A DNA stretch of 64,000 nucleotides from an uncultured Spirochaetota bacterium (lineage in GTDB: Bacteria; Spirochaetota; Brevinematia; Brevinematales; JAOACQ01): contig CAWIGG010000004.1 of the NCBI GenBank assembly GCA_963835575.1, forward strand, positions 320,001-384,000, in the 5' to 3' direction. Positions 47,692-58,021 of the stretch are shown here, piece after piece. A program made the position numbers and the translations under genes. The notes under the pieces were generated by a model. That model was not told the origin of the DNA. It saw nothing but the letters and a program-made list of their open reading frames with translations, and did not search any database. Every line of letters starts with the position of its first letter. The stretch's first letter is position 1.

Positions 47692-49731
47692 ATGGCTTTA
47701 TCTAAAGGCACTTCCGATCAGGATGGAGGGCCTTCGCTTTTTTCAAAACTTCGGTCATTCATCATCGGCAAACCGAGAAATCCGCAGGATAGAACAATTT
47801 TTCATAAAATATCCCTGATCGCCATTTTTGCCTGGGTGGGTCTGGGCGCGGACGCCCTTTCCTCATCATCATACGGCCCAGAACAGGCTTTCCGTGTTGT
47901 CGTCAATTATCCCTTTCTCGGCCTTTTTGTCGGTCTGGCGACAGCCATCACAATTCTTATCATCAGCGCCAGTTATTCGCAGATCATCGAGCTTTTCCCC
48001 GGCGGCGGGGGAGGATACATTGTCGGCAGCAAGCTTCTTTCTCCGACAACAGGCATGGTTTCCGGCTGCGCGCTGATGGTGGACTATATCCTGACCATCG
48101 CCGTTTCCATAGCCAGCGGCGCGGACGCCATATTCAGCTTTTTTCCCATTCATTTCCTTAAATATAAAATCTATTTTTCCATCTTCTGCATCATAATCCT
48201 GATATTAATGAACCTCAGGGGTGTAAAAGAATCCGTTTCAATTCTCGCGCCGATTTTCGCCATTTTTATACTGACGCATGTTTTTCTTCTTCTCTACGGG
48301 ACTTTCTTTCATGTATCCAATTTTTCAGGCGTTATCCAGTCATCTTACCAGGATTTTAATAAGGTTAAATTAAATCTCGGGTTGATCGGGGCCCTTGCCC
48401 TTTGTGTCAAGGCTTATGGAATGGGGGCCGGCACATATACCGGTATAGAATCCGTTTCTAACGCCATGACGATCCTCCGGGAGCCGCGCGTTCAGACGGC
48501 AAAAAAGACAATGGTCTATATGGCCGTATCGCTGACAATTATGGCCTTCGGAATTATGATTATCTATCTCCTGTATAATGTCCATCCCGAAACCGGCAAG
48601 ACCCTGAATTCCGTAGCATTTGAAAAAATGATGTCCGACTGGCCGCCTTTTGTAAAAAACATTTTATTGTTTTTAACCCTCTTATCCGAGGCGGCGCTTC
48701 TTTTTGTCGCGGCTCAGGGCGGTTTTCTGGCCGGCCCGAGGGTTCTATCCAACATGGCCATCGACAAATGGATGCCGTCCCGTTATTCACAGCTCTCAAA
48801 CAGGCTGGTCACAGAAAACGGCGTTCTGGTTATGGGCGTCACGTCCCTGTTGGTCCTGATCATAACAGGCGGGTCTTTAGATGTTCTGATCATCCTGTAC
48901 AGCATCAATGTGTTCATCACTTTCAGCATTTCCCAGCTGGGCATGGTCAGGCACTGGTGGATCAGCAGAAAGAGCGAAAAGAAATGGGGCCGGAAATTGA
49001 TAATCAACGGGATCGGCCTCCTCCTCAGCGTTTCGATCCTGATCTCATTCCTTGTCACCAAGCTGAACGAAGGCGGATGGGTCACTTTAGTCATCACGGG
49101 TATTTTGGTGGCGTTTTCATTCTGGGTAAAAAACCAGTATTCCAAAGTGGAGAAGCAACTTAACCGCCTGAACTCACTACTGGAAGCAGTGGAAAATTCC
49201 GAGCATATATCAAAACTTTCCTTCGAGGATTACAAAGATTTTAAAGGAAAAATCGACAAAAACGGTAAAACGGCTGTTTTATTAGTCAACGGTTATAACG
49301 GGACAGGGCTTCATATTTTATTCGGCATACAGAAACTACTGGGTTTCAGCACCTTTAAAAATTATGTCTTTATCCAGGTCGGCGTTGTTGACGCGGGCAA
49401 CTTTAAAAGTGTGGAAGAAGTTGACCACCTGAAGCAGGACATTCAAAAGAGCGTCGATACATACGCGGTCCTGATGCGGAAGACAGGATTTTATACTGAA
49501 ACATTCACATCGCTGGGCACAGACGCTGAAGAAGAGATCATGGCGCTCACTCCGGAAATCCTCAAGCAATTCCCCAATTCCATCTTTTTCGGCGGACAGC
49601 TTGTCTTTTCAGAAGCAGGCCTCTTTACAAAATTCACGACGAACCTCCTCCATAATAACCTTATCTTCAGCCTGCACGAAAAGCTTTATTACAAAGGGGT
49701 CCCTTTTGTTCTTCTGCCGATCAGGATTTAA
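47692..49731 (+). CDS. APC-superfamily permease, KimA/YdaO-like potassium importer
   Basis: Motifs GADALSSSSYGPE, GGGGYIV, DYILTIAVS and TGIESVSN; soluble C-terminal domain. Confidence 0.75.
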   Translation: MALSKGTSDQDGGPSLFSKLRSFIIGKPRNPQDRTIFHKISLIAIFAWVGLGADALSSSSYGPEQAFRVVVNYPFLGLFVGLATAITILIISASYSQIIELFPGGGGGYIVGSKLLSPTTGMVSGCALMVDYILTIAVSIASGADAIFSFFPIHFLKYKIYFSIFCIIILILMNLRGVKESVSILAPIFAIFILTHVFLLLYGTFFHVSNFSGVIQSSYQDFNKVKLNLGLIGALALCVKAYGMGAGTYTGIESVSNAMTILREPRVQTAKKTMVYMAVSLTIMAFGIMIIYLLYNVHPETGKTLNSVAFEKMMSDWPPFVKNILLFLTLLSEAALLFVAAQGGFLAGPRVLSNMAIDKWMPSRYSQLSNRLVTENGVLVMGVTSLLVLIITGGSLDVLIILYSINVFITFSISQLGMVRHWWISRKSEKKWGRKLIINGIGLLLSVSILISFLVTKLNEGGWVTLVITGILVAFSFWVKNQYSKVEKQLNRLNSLLEAVENSEHISKLSFEDYKDFKGKIDKNGKTAVLLVNGYNGTGLHILFGIQKLLGFSTFKNYVFIQVGVVDAGNFKSVEEVDHLKQDIQKSVDTYAVLMRKTGFYTETFTSLGTDAEEEIMALTPEILKQFPNSIFFGGQLVFSEAGLFTKFTTNLLHNNLIFSLHEKLYYKGVPFVLLPIRI

Positions 49732-49758
49732 AGGCAGATATTGTATTTTATTTTTTTT

Positions 49759-49863
49759 GCCACTGAATTTCACAGAAGAGCACGGAAAAAACATTAAACA
49801 GTCAAAAGAGTTATTTGGTTTTCATCAATAATAATTCCGTGTTTTTCTGTGTCATTCTGTGGC
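49759..49863. repeat. Empty inverted pair of 9-10-nt-periodic CACAGAA/CACGGAA arms
   Basis: GCCACTGAATTTCACAGAAGAGCACGGAA (49759-49787) versus the reverse complement GCCACAGAATGACACAGAAAAACACGGAA (49835-49863); 47-bp spacer. Confidence 0.75.
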
Positions 49864-49984
49864 TGATCCTGTAATATTCCCATATTGATATTCACTTTAT
49901 AGTTTATCCTGGATTGACTAAGAAAGGGCGTTGTATTAAACTATAATCCATTGAAAAGTTAATCCAGTAGATAAGGAGCCTCTC

Positions 49985-50485
49985 ATGTCTTTAAAAAAAG
50001 TCGGTATTATCATGGGAAGCGATTCCGATCTTCCCATAATGCAGGAAACCGCGGATATGCTTAAAAAATTCAATATTCCCTTCGAAATGACCGTTATATC
50101 GGCCCACCGGACACCTGAAAAGGCCTTTGAATACGCCCGGACAGCCGAGGAAAGAGGTTTGAGTGTCATCATTGCCGGCGCGGGAGGCGCGGCGCACCTG
50201 CCCGGCGTGATCGCCGCTTTAACACCTCTTCCGGTGATCGGCGTGCCGATCCTTTCCAAAAGCCTCTCCGGAATGGACTCGCTTTTTTCTATCGTACAGA
50301 TGCCGAAAGGCATACCTGTCGCAGCAGTCGCAGTCAACGGCGCCGCCAACGCGGCCATACTGGCCGTGCAGATGCTGGGCATCGGTGATGAAAAAATAAG
50401 ACAAGCTGTAAAAGAATACAAGGAAAAATTGAAGGAAGAAGTGGCGGAAAAGGCGAAGAAGGTAGAGGAAACTTCAAAAAATTAA
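49985..50485 (+). CDS. purE: N5-carboxyaminoimidazole ribonucleotide mutase
   Basis: Motifs [29 protein letters not shown] and SIVQMP.GIPVA; TTGACT-N17-TAAACT at 49914-49942. Confidence 0.96.
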   Translation: MSLKKVGIIMGSDSDLPIMQETADMLKKFNIPFEMTVISAHRTPEKAFEYARTAEERGLSVIIAGAGGAAHLPGVIAALTPLPVIGVPILSKSLSGMDSLFSIVQMPKGIPVAAVAVNGAANAAILAVQMLGIGDEKIRQAVKEYKEKLKEEVAEKAKKVEETSKN

Positions 50486-52054
50486 CCACCAAGATCACAA
50501 AGAGCACGAAGGACCACCAACGGGGATTAACGGCACTTCATTTTCTAACAAAAGATTTTAATTAACTATTCTCTATAATAATATCCGATTGTTCACACGG
50601 ATCAGACGGATTGGGCGGATTTGCGCGGATTCGGGGGGACGAATTCAACCACAGATTTCACAGACGCCGTGGTGAGCAAAGTCGAACCATTACACTGAAG
50701 GGAAAATAAATATGATGGGCAGTATCTAGCTAATATGATTTTATTATTTGCAAATGAGGTGAGTAAAGGAGTATAATTTTAACGGATAATGAGTTATATT
50801 TGTATATTTTGAGTTGGGCTAAAGCGGTGCACAATCATTAATATTTCTGGAGTAATTTATGATTAAACCAAAAATATTTATCAGTTGTGGACAAGATAAA
50901 TCATCTGATGAATATAAAATAGCTGAAATAATTAAAAACAAAATTGATGATACTGATAAATATATTGGTTATGTTGCAACACTTGAACAATCAAACAAAG
51001 GTTTATTAAATAATATACTATATGAACTTGAAACTGCCGAATATTTTATATTTATTGATTTTATAAGAGAAAAATTACTTGATAAAAATGATAATTTTAT
51101 TGGTTATAGAGGTTCATTATTTACAAATCAAGAATTAAGTATAGCTTCATATTTTGGAATTGAAACAATTGCATTTCAAGAAAAAGGAATCAAATCTTAT
51201 GACGGAATGATTGGAGCCATGCAATTAAATGTTCAAAAACATCATGTTTTTGAACCAAATGAAAGAAATATTTTACCTGATAAGGTGATTGATGAAATTC
51301 AAAATAGATTTACACCATTATGGAAAAATAAAATTAACTTATCAGATATCAAAATTGTAAATAATGTTAAAAAATATAGGATCATTAATTTTTCTCAAAA
51401 AGAAGATTTTTTTGCTAATCATTATCAAATTAAAGTTGAAAACCTTCATAAGGATAAAATTGCCTTAAATTGTTACGCATTTATTGAATCAATATTAGAT
51501 TTAGAAAATAATACACCTATTCAAACTCAAACAGTAGAATTAAAATGGGCAGGTGTTATTAATATTCCTAATGTTTCAATAATTAATCAGTCACATAGAA
51601 TGCTTGATGCCTTCTTTTATGATGTCGCCTACCCAAAGAAAATATATTTTTGCAGTTATAGTGATTCAGATGAAAATCTTCCTCCTTTAGAATCTTCCAA
51701 TAAATATAAAATTTGCTATATGATTGTTTCTTCTAATTTTAGAATTGAAAAAAGGAATTATATAATTGAATTTATTAATAATATATGGCAGATGAATCCC
51801 GAATAATACGTGAAAAGTGGTATTCACCTAAACACCATTCTCCTGAATCTATCTTGTCTCACAAAAGCACCAAATACTACCAAAAAAGGCGGCTTTAAGA
51901 AAATTAAATCCTATAAAATCTGTATCAATCAGTGAAAATCTGTGTAAACAATCGGGGTAACTAGAAAGAAAGATTGATTAATAATCATTGTTTTACAATA
52001 AAGTGTGTTTAATCCCCAGTTGGTGTTACTTGGTGTTCTTTGTGTCTTAGTGGT
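50485..52054. mobile_element. Putative repeat-bounded cassette with nested inverted arms
   Basis: Outer arms 50485-50531 / 52008-52054 (CACNAAG type ending GGGGATTAA); inner arms 50583-50631 / 51906-51955 (CGGAT type); AT-rich ORF inside. Confidence 0.6.
50859..51806 (+). CDS. AT-rich hypothetical protein with a TIR/NDT-like N-terminal domain
   Basis: KPKIFISCGQ...YFIFID...SLFTNQELSIA follows the FIS...S..v..E pattern of TIR/DUF4062-like folds. Confidence 0.5.
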   Translation: MIKPKIFISCGQDKSSDEYKIAEIIKNKIDDTDKYIGYVATLEQSNKGLLNNILYELETAEYFIFIDFIREKLLDKNDNFIGYRGSLFTNQELSIASYFGIETIAFQEKGIKSYDGMIGAMQLNVQKHHVFEPNERNILPDKVIDEIQNRFTPLWKNKINLSDIKIVNNVKKYRIINFSQKEDFFANHYQIKVENLHKDKIALNCYAFIESILDLENNTPIQTQTVELKWAGVINIPNVSIINQSHRMLDAFFYDVAYPKKIYFCSYSDSDENLPPLESSNKYKICYMIVSSNFRIEKRNYIIEFINNIWQMNPE

Positions 52055-52066
52055 GAAAAAAAAAAG

Positions 52067-53008
52067 CTACTGCGCCGATTTAATCTCTTTCTCGAAATAC
52101 TCAATCGTCTTTTTCAAGCCTTCCCTGAGCGGGACTGCCGGTTCCCAGCCGAGCTTTTCTTTGGCCAGCGAGATATCGGGCTTTCTCTGTTTGGGATCGT
52201 CGGAGGGGATATCTTTATAGACAATCTTTGACTTTGAGTTTGTCATCTCAATAATGATTTTCGCCAGTTCAATAATCTTGTATTCGTCCGGATTTCCCAG
52301 GTTTACAGGCCCTATAAAATTTTCCGATTTCATCATCTTTATAAATCCGCCGATCAAATCGTCGACATAACAAAAACTCCGCGTCTGCTCTCCTTTGCCG
52401 TAAACCGTGATATCCTCGTTTCTCAGAGCCTGAGAAATAAAATTCGACACAACGCGGCCGTCGTTTTGAAGCATCCTGGGCCCGTATGTGTTGAAAATCC
52501 TCACGATTTTTATATCGACATGGTTCAGCCGGTAATAATCCATAAATAGGGTTTCAGCTATTCTTTTTCCTTCGTCATAACAGCTCCGGACCCCTATCGG
52601 ATTGACATGCCCCCAGTAAGATTCCGTTTGAGGATGGACCGCCGGATCGCCGTAAACCTCGCTTGTCGAGGCCTGAAGGACCCTCGCCTTCAGCCTCTTG
52701 GCCAATCCCAGCATATTGAAAGCCCCCATAAAACTTGTTTTAATTGTTTTAATGGAATTGGCCTGATAATGGACAGGCGAAGCCGGGCAGGCCAGATTAA
52801 ATATCCAGTCCACTTCCAGCAAAAGCGGCTCTACGATATCATGGCGGATCACCTCAAAATTCATATTGTCCATCAGGCGGATGATGTTTTTATTTCTGCC
52901 GGTAAAGAAATTATCCACACAGATAACCGTATTTCCCTCTTCCAGAAGCCGTTCGCAGAGAAAACTGCCGAGAAAGCCGGCGCCGCCTGTTACCAGAACG
53001 CTTTTCAT
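52067..53008 (-). CDS. UDP-glucuronate decarboxylase (UXS-like SDR)
   Basis: Motifs [41 protein letters not shown] and [10 protein letters not shown]. Confidence 0.92.
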   Translation of the reverse strand: MKSVLVTGGAGFLGSFLCERLLEEGNTVICVDNFFTGRNKNIIRLMDNMNFEVIRHDIVEPLLLEVDWIFNLACPASPVHYQANSIKTIKTSFMGAFNMLGLAKRLKARVLQASTSEVYGDPAVHPQTESYWGHVNPIGVRSCYDEGKRIAETLFMDYYRLNHVDIKIVRIFNTYGPRMLQNDGRVVSNFISQALRNEDITVYGKGEQTRSFCYVDDLIGGFIKMMKSENFIGPVNLGNPDEYKIIELAKIIIEMTNSKSKIVYKDIPSDDPKQRKPDISLAKEKLGWEPAVPLREGLKKTIEYFEKEIKSAQ

Positions 53009-53021
53009 TTTTCACTCTCCA

Positions 53022-53678
53022 TTAATATCTTTTGTCAAAACGGATGGCCGTGACAATTCCATCAACGGGATTCATAAAATTATATCCGAAAACCGGGGAT
53101 TTCGTGTTTTCCCAGTGAAACGAGTTCTTTTTGCCTTCAACCCAGGTGTCATAAAAAACTGTTGCGAGAGGGATCTTCTGATCGTCAGAACCGAATAAAA
53201 ATGTGTTAAAAATATCAATATTGCCTTTGTATTCAAAAAAACCGGCGCTGTTCAGATTGGTATAAATTTTATATTGGACCGGGACAAACAGATAGTTATT
53301 ATCGCCTTTTTCCCGGGCTTCCCAGCGGATGATCTCAATCTTCGCGATATCATAGAGAGAAATACTTCGGATTGAAAGCGTATTTTTCACCCTGTTTGTC
53401 ATTGTTAATCTTAAAGTATTGCTGACATAAAGCATTCCGCTTTCCTCGCTGCCGCCTGCCAGTGTAACCATGGCTTTTACGAGGAACAGATATGAAGTTT
53501 TATTTGCCTTAAAACTATCATTTATATGAATATCTGTCATAAGAGAATCGTCAACAACCGGCTCATCCGGTACTTCAGGGTCTTTAATTGAAGGCTCTTG
53601 AAGAGAATAAAGCGGCTGGAGGGCAATAAAGAACATCAGGAGCAGAATTTGAGCGGCAGTCTTCAAAAAGCTATGCAT
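53022..53678 (-). CDS. Hypothetical exported protein
   Basis: 218 aa; N-terminal signal-like segment; 13 nt upstream of the decarboxylase. Confidence 0.6.
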   Translation of the reverse strand: MHSFLKTAAQILLLMFFIALQPLYSLQEPSIKDPEVPDEPVVDDSLMTDIHINDSFKANKTSYLFLVKAMVTLAGGSEESGMLYVSNTLRLTMTNRVKNTLSIRSISLYDIAKIEIIRWEAREKGDNNYLFVPVQYKIYTNLNSAGFFEYKGNIDIFNTFLFGSDDQKIPLATVFYDTWVEGKKNSFHWENTKSPVFGYNFMNPVDGIVTAIRFDKRY

Positions 53679-53824
53679 GGCATCTTCCTTAATAAAAATT
53701 GGTTACTTAGGATATTGTTCCTTATCGGCAGTTGATTTTACAAAATAAAATCTGGTTCTTATATCAAGCGGGCAATTTATTCATAATTCATAAATTTGAT
53801 AAACCGTCAAGACTCAGAATTACC

Positions 53825-53999
53825 AATCTTCCGCTAAGCCACGCGAAGTCACGCCAAGTGAAAATCTACTATACAAGTATTTTTGATTTTATCTTGTCTT
53901 TATTATTTACATTAGATTACCCGGTTAAATCCGTTTTATTCGTGGTTTTCCTTTCCCGGTTTCCTTTCGCGTCTATTCGCGTGTATTAGCGGATTATCC
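53825..53999. repeat. Inverted-arm element (CGCGAA 9-nt period), copy 2
   Basis: Arms identical to those at 20834-21036 but with a different 108-bp interior; a third degenerate left arm lies at about 54005-54032. Confidence 0.85.
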
Positions 54000-54164
54000 A
54001 GTTTTCCCTAAGACACGCGAAGTCATGTCAAATGATAATACATTTAATAAATTAAAAAACTCAGATCCTGCAATAATTATTTCTTTTGATTTGTTTATAT
54101 TTTTTGTATTCATCCGATATTCTTAATGGCAAACCGCAACGGAAAATGAAGAACGCCGGGTTTG

Positions 54165-54184
54165 TTTCAACAAGGATGTTGAAA
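54165..54184 (+). promoter_or_regulatory. CsrA-binding hairpin in the flgN leader
   Basis: TTTCAACA-AGGA-TGTTGAAA contains ACAAGGAUGU; a second AGGA lies in the SD (CAAGGAGG). Confidence 0.6.
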
Positions 54185-54205
54185 AAATAACCAAGGAGGG
54201 TTAAT

Positions 54206-54718
54206 ATGGAACTGGGAATGGATTACCTCAAATCGTTTAAGGAGCTGCTGAAGCTTGAAGCCGGATATCTTTCGGAGCTGGTAGCGCTGGAAGAAGAAAA
54301 GTATGACGCTCTCAAGCAGGTTGATATTACGCTTCTCATGAAAGTGAACACTAATGAAGAGGATATTCTTCAGCATCTCGCTTCCATAGAAAGAAAAAGG
54401 AAGGATCTGATATTGAACCTTTCTAAAATTTATCATTTTAATCCGAATCTGTCGCTTACGGAGCTGTTTTCCTACATTATGGATGAAAACAGCCAAAGCT
54501 TGAAAAATGAACTGATTGAGCTCCGGACAAAAATTAAAAACGAGATCGGCAAGCTTCAGATTTCAATGCATGAAAATTCGCAGATCATCCAGGCCAACCT
54601 GGAAATCATTAATCTGACAATGAATTTCGCGAACCGCAACGCGCAGAAGGAAACGTACGATTATAGAAGTAAAAAAGAAAGCAAGGAAAGCATCTATCTG
54701 GTAAATCAGATAGCGTAG
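54206..54718 (+). CDS. flgN: Flagellar export chaperone FlgN
   Basis: Helical 170-aa protein with L.ALEEEK..AL...D and N..IIQ..L; directly upstream of flgK. Confidence 0.75.
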   Translation: MELGMDYLKSFKELLKLEAGYLSELVALEEEKYDALKQVDITLLMKVNTNEEDILQHLASIERKRKDLILNLSKIYHFNPNLSLTELFSYIMDENSQSLKNELIELRTKIKNEIGKLQISMHENSQIIQANLEIINLTMNFANRNAQKETYDYRSKKESKESIYLVNQIA

Positions 54719-54727
54719 GAGAAGAAT

Positions 54728-56629
54728 ATGCTGTCAACATTTAATGGAATTGAGGTCGGGAAAAAGGGATTGATGGCCAACAATGCCGGCCTGCAGATCA
54801 CGGGCCATAATCTTTCGAACGTGGAAACGGAAGGCTACAGCCGGCAGAAGGTCAACCTCACGACATTTATCCCGATTTACGATCCCAGCGCGAACCGGGT
54901 GGAGACTCCCGGCCAGTACGGTACAGGCGTCGTCGTTGAGGACATCCAGAGGGTCAGGGACCAGGCCATCGACGACCGCATTAATTATGAAAAAGGCGGC
55001 CTCGGGTTCTGGGAAATGAAACAGCAGTATCTCCATCTGATAGAAATGATCCATAATGAACCGAATAAGCCGAACCTCCGCACGGTCCTGGACGAATACT
55101 GGGAAAGCTGGCAGAAAGTCGCCGCCGACCCGACGGAAAGGGCATCGCGCGAGGAATTGATCCAGAGAACGAAAGTCCTGGCTGAGACGTTCAAGCACAA
55201 CTATGAGTCCTTGACCGATCTGCGGAAAAACGCCAATAATCTCGTTGACCAGAGAATAAACGAGATCAATCATATGGCTTCGGAAATTGCTTCGCTCAAT
55301 GTCCAGATCGTCAAATCGGAATCGATGGGCGATAATCCCAATGATCTTTACGATAAAAGGGACCTTCTCATAGAAAAGCTTTCAAAATACGTGGATATCC
55401 GCGTTGAAAGAAATAATAAACATGAGACGATCGTTTACATCGGTGCGGAAAACCTGGTCCAGGGCGAGCTGGCCAATAAGATCAACGCGGTAGGAAACCC
55501 GGATAATGAAGGTTATACAGACGCGCTCTGGGAAGACGGGCGGAAGGTGAAGCTCGGCTTGGGTGAACTGGCCGGCCTCGTCTCCGCGCGCGACGACGAT
55601 CTGAAATCTTCCATCCAGAACCTCGATTCTCTGGCGATCAACCTGACGGACGCGACCAATGAAATACACCGCGACGGTTTCGGCCTCAATCTGACAACCA
55701 ATAATAATTTCTTTAAAGAGCTGCCGATCACGCCTTACGCGAACGGCAATTACGATTTCACCAACGACGGCGTTGTAGACGGCACGGCCCTTTTTAAAAT
55801 CAGCGGAACAGAAAAAATAGACGAAAACACTCTAATAGGCAGCGGCGGAACATTGAACTTCGGCCCTGCGGCGCCCGCCGGCCCCAATATCGTGATCAAT
55901 TACAACGCAAGCGATAAAATAAAAGATATTATCGCCCGTATTAACCAGTCGGACGCGGGCGTTGTCGCTTACCTTAACCATAAAAGCGAGCTGTCATTTA
56001 AATCCAAATTCCCGTCCGACCAGAATTATCCCGATTTTGTCATCCGCCATGTCGAGGACAGCGGGAACTTACTTGTCGGCATCACCGGCATGCTCGGCGC
56101 GTCGGGCCCGCAGGGGGCTTTTGACTACAAGAATGTCGGCGATATCGTTAAATTCAGTGTGCCTTCATTTAATATATCATTTACGCCGGAAAAGCACCCT
56201 TCAGGCTGGCTGAATATAGATGATAAGATTGTAGCCAACCCCGACACGATAGCCGCCTCGGCGGGCATGGACACGACCGGAAGCGGCAAACCCGACAAAA
56301 TGAACGGCATCAGCGATAATAGGAACGCCCTGGCCATAGCCGACCTCAGGCAGAAGGACCTTATGTTCGAAAGCCAGTCCACGATGGGGGATTTTATTAA
56401 AACAATGGTCGGCGATATCGGCACGCGCTCAGAATCGGCAAAGATAAATATGGATAAAAACAGCGCCGTTGTGGACAGCCTCGTTAATCTGCGGCAGGAA
56501 ATCAGCGGCGTGAATATAGACGAGGAAATGACAAAGATGCTGATGTTCCAGCATGGCTACAACGCTTCGGCAAGGCTCGTCAGCACCGTCGACCGGATGA
56601 TCGAAACGATCATCAGAATGGGAGCGTAA
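54728..56629 (+). CDS. flgK: Flagellar hook-associated protein 1
   Basis: Motifs TGHNLSNVETEGYSRQ, GTGV, PNDLYDKRDLL and SGVNIDEEM...FQHGYNASAR. Confidence 0.95.
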   Translation: MLSTFNGIEVGKKGLMANNAGLQITGHNLSNVETEGYSRQKVNLTTFIPIYDPSANRVETPGQYGTGVVVEDIQRVRDQAIDDRINYEKGGLGFWEMKQQYLHLIEMIHNEPNKPNLRTVLDEYWESWQKVAADPTERASREELIQRTKVLAETFKHNYESLTDLRKNANNLVDQRINEINHMASEIASLNVQIVKSESMGDNPNDLYDKRDLLIEKLSKYVDIRVERNNKHETIVYIGAENLVQGELANKINAVGNPDNEGYTDALWEDGRKVKLGLGELAGLVSARDDDLKSSIQNLDSLAINLTDATNEIHRDGFGLNLTTNNNFFKELPITPYANGNYDFTNDGVVDGTALFKISGTEKIDENTLIGSGGTLNFGPAAPAGPNIVINYNASDKIKDIIARINQSDAGVVAYLNHKSELSFKSKFPSDQNYPDFVIRHVEDSGNLLVGITGMLGASGPQGAFDYKNVGDIVKFSVPSFNISFTPEKHPSGWLNIDDKIVANPDTIAASAGMDTTGSGKPDKMNGISDNRNALAIADLRQKDLMFESQSTMGDFIKTMVGDIGTRSESAKINMDKNSAVVDSLVNLRQEISGVNIDEEMTKMLMFQHGYNASARLVSTVDRMIETIIRMGA

Positions 56630-56631
56630 AC

Positions 56632-56670
56632 TAGCTGTTAGCTTCTAGCTGTTAGCTGTTAGCTATTAGC
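56632..56670 (+). repeat. 7-nt tandem repeat (TAGCTGT)x5.5 between flgK and flgL
   Basis: TAGCTGT TAGCTTC TAGCTGT TAGCTGT TAGCTAT TAGC. Confidence 0.85.
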
Positions 56671-56687
56671 AGATCAAGGAGGATTTT

Positions 56688-57938
56688 ATGATAGGACGCG
56701 TTACACAGGGATATATGGTGAGCGATTTTAACAACAACCTGCATACCCGCCAGGAAGACCTTCAAAAGACGCAGAACGAGCTTTCCAGCGGCTACAGGGT
56801 CAATCTTCCCAGCGACGATCCGGTCGCCACAATCAATTTTATGGATTATGACAGCCGTTTAAAAGAGATAAATACATACAAGTCCATTATTGACAACGCT
56901 AAAAGCAAGCTCAATATGGTGGATTCCTCGCTGAACAGCGTCACAACACTTGTTCAGAGGCTCAGGGAACTGGCGGTCCAGGGAGCGAACGGGGTTTATT
57001 CCAAGGATGAAAGGCAGAATATGGCCGTTGAAGTAGATCAATTGACCCGCGAAATCCTTCAGCAGGCCAATACTTATTATAAAGACAACGCCCTATTCGG
57101 CGGCACAATGACGGATGAGGAGCCTTTCAAGCCCGTTTACAGGGCCGATCCCGATACAGGCATAGAATATCTTCAGGAAGTGCGTTATACAGGGAACAAC
57201 CAGAGCCAGCTTATTGAAGCGGAAAGAGGCGAGAAAATAGAAGTGAACCAGCCCGGCAACCAGGTCTTCTGGGCCGACAATATGGACATTTATTCCACGA
57301 TTTCCGTTTCGGGCTATACGGCCGCAAAAGACTCGAAGGTCATTGTCGACGGTAATGAAGTGGAGATCAAATCGGGAGACAACCTTGAAGTCATCGCCAA
57401 TAAAATCAATAATTCCGGGGCCGCAGTCAAGGCTTCCATACAGACAAAGGACGGCCAGAGCTATTTTACCCTGGAAACAACCTCTCCGCACCAGATTTCC
57501 CTGATGGACAGCGACGGCGGTTCGGTCCTCCAGGACCTGGGCGTTATAGAACATGGGATGTACCCGCCCTACAACTACTCCCCGTCGGCAAGGGTCTATA
57601 CGGGAAGTATTTTTGACGCGATGATCAATTTCCGTAAAGCCCTGCAGGGAGACAATATTTTCCAGGTCGGCGGTACGGCGCTCGCCCAGATCGACAGTTC
57701 TCTCGCGAATGTGCTTAAATTCCGGGCCCATATGGGCGCGGTTTCACAGAGGCTGGACGCCATCACAGACAGATATATGAATGATGAAGTTTACATAACG
57801 GACGCAAAAGATAAATCGACCGGCACCGATATATCGAAAGCCATGATGGAGATGAAAATGCTGGAATTTTCTCATGATGTCGCGCTGAATATCGGGGCCA
57901 GGATTTTACCGAAAACACTGCTGGACTTTTTAAGGTAA
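56688..57938 (+). CDS. flgL: Flagellar hook-associated protein 3
   Basis: Motifs LSSGYRVNLPSDDPV, RLRELAVQGANG and ARILPKTLLDFLR. Confidence 0.95.
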   Translation: MIGRVTQGYMVSDFNNNLHTRQEDLQKTQNELSSGYRVNLPSDDPVATINFMDYDSRLKEINTYKSIIDNAKSKLNMVDSSLNSVTTLVQRLRELAVQGANGVYSKDERQNMAVEVDQLTREILQQANTYYKDNALFGGTMTDEEPFKPVYRADPDTGIEYLQEVRYTGNNQSQLIEAERGEKIEVNQPGNQVFWADNMDIYSTISVSGYTAAKDSKVIVDGNEVEIKSGDNLEVIANKINNSGAAVKASIQTKDGQSYFTLETTSPHQISLMDSDGGSVLQDLGVIEHGMYPPYNYSPSARVYTGSIFDAMINFRKALQGDNIFQVGGTALAQIDSSLANVLKFRAHMGAVSQRLDAITDRYMNDEVYITDAKDKSTGTDISKAMMEMKMLEFSHDVALNIGARILPKTLLDFLR

Positions 57939-58021
57939 TTTTCAGCGGTAATTATATAACTAAATATTTGAAAATTTTCAGCAAAGATACTACAGTATAT
58001 AAGCGAAAAATGGAGGCTATC

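Noticed and set aside
54127..54165. c-di-GMP-I riboswitch before flgN (GGCAAACC)
   Set aside because: No GAAA tetraloop/receptor or GACGCAAAG junction follows.
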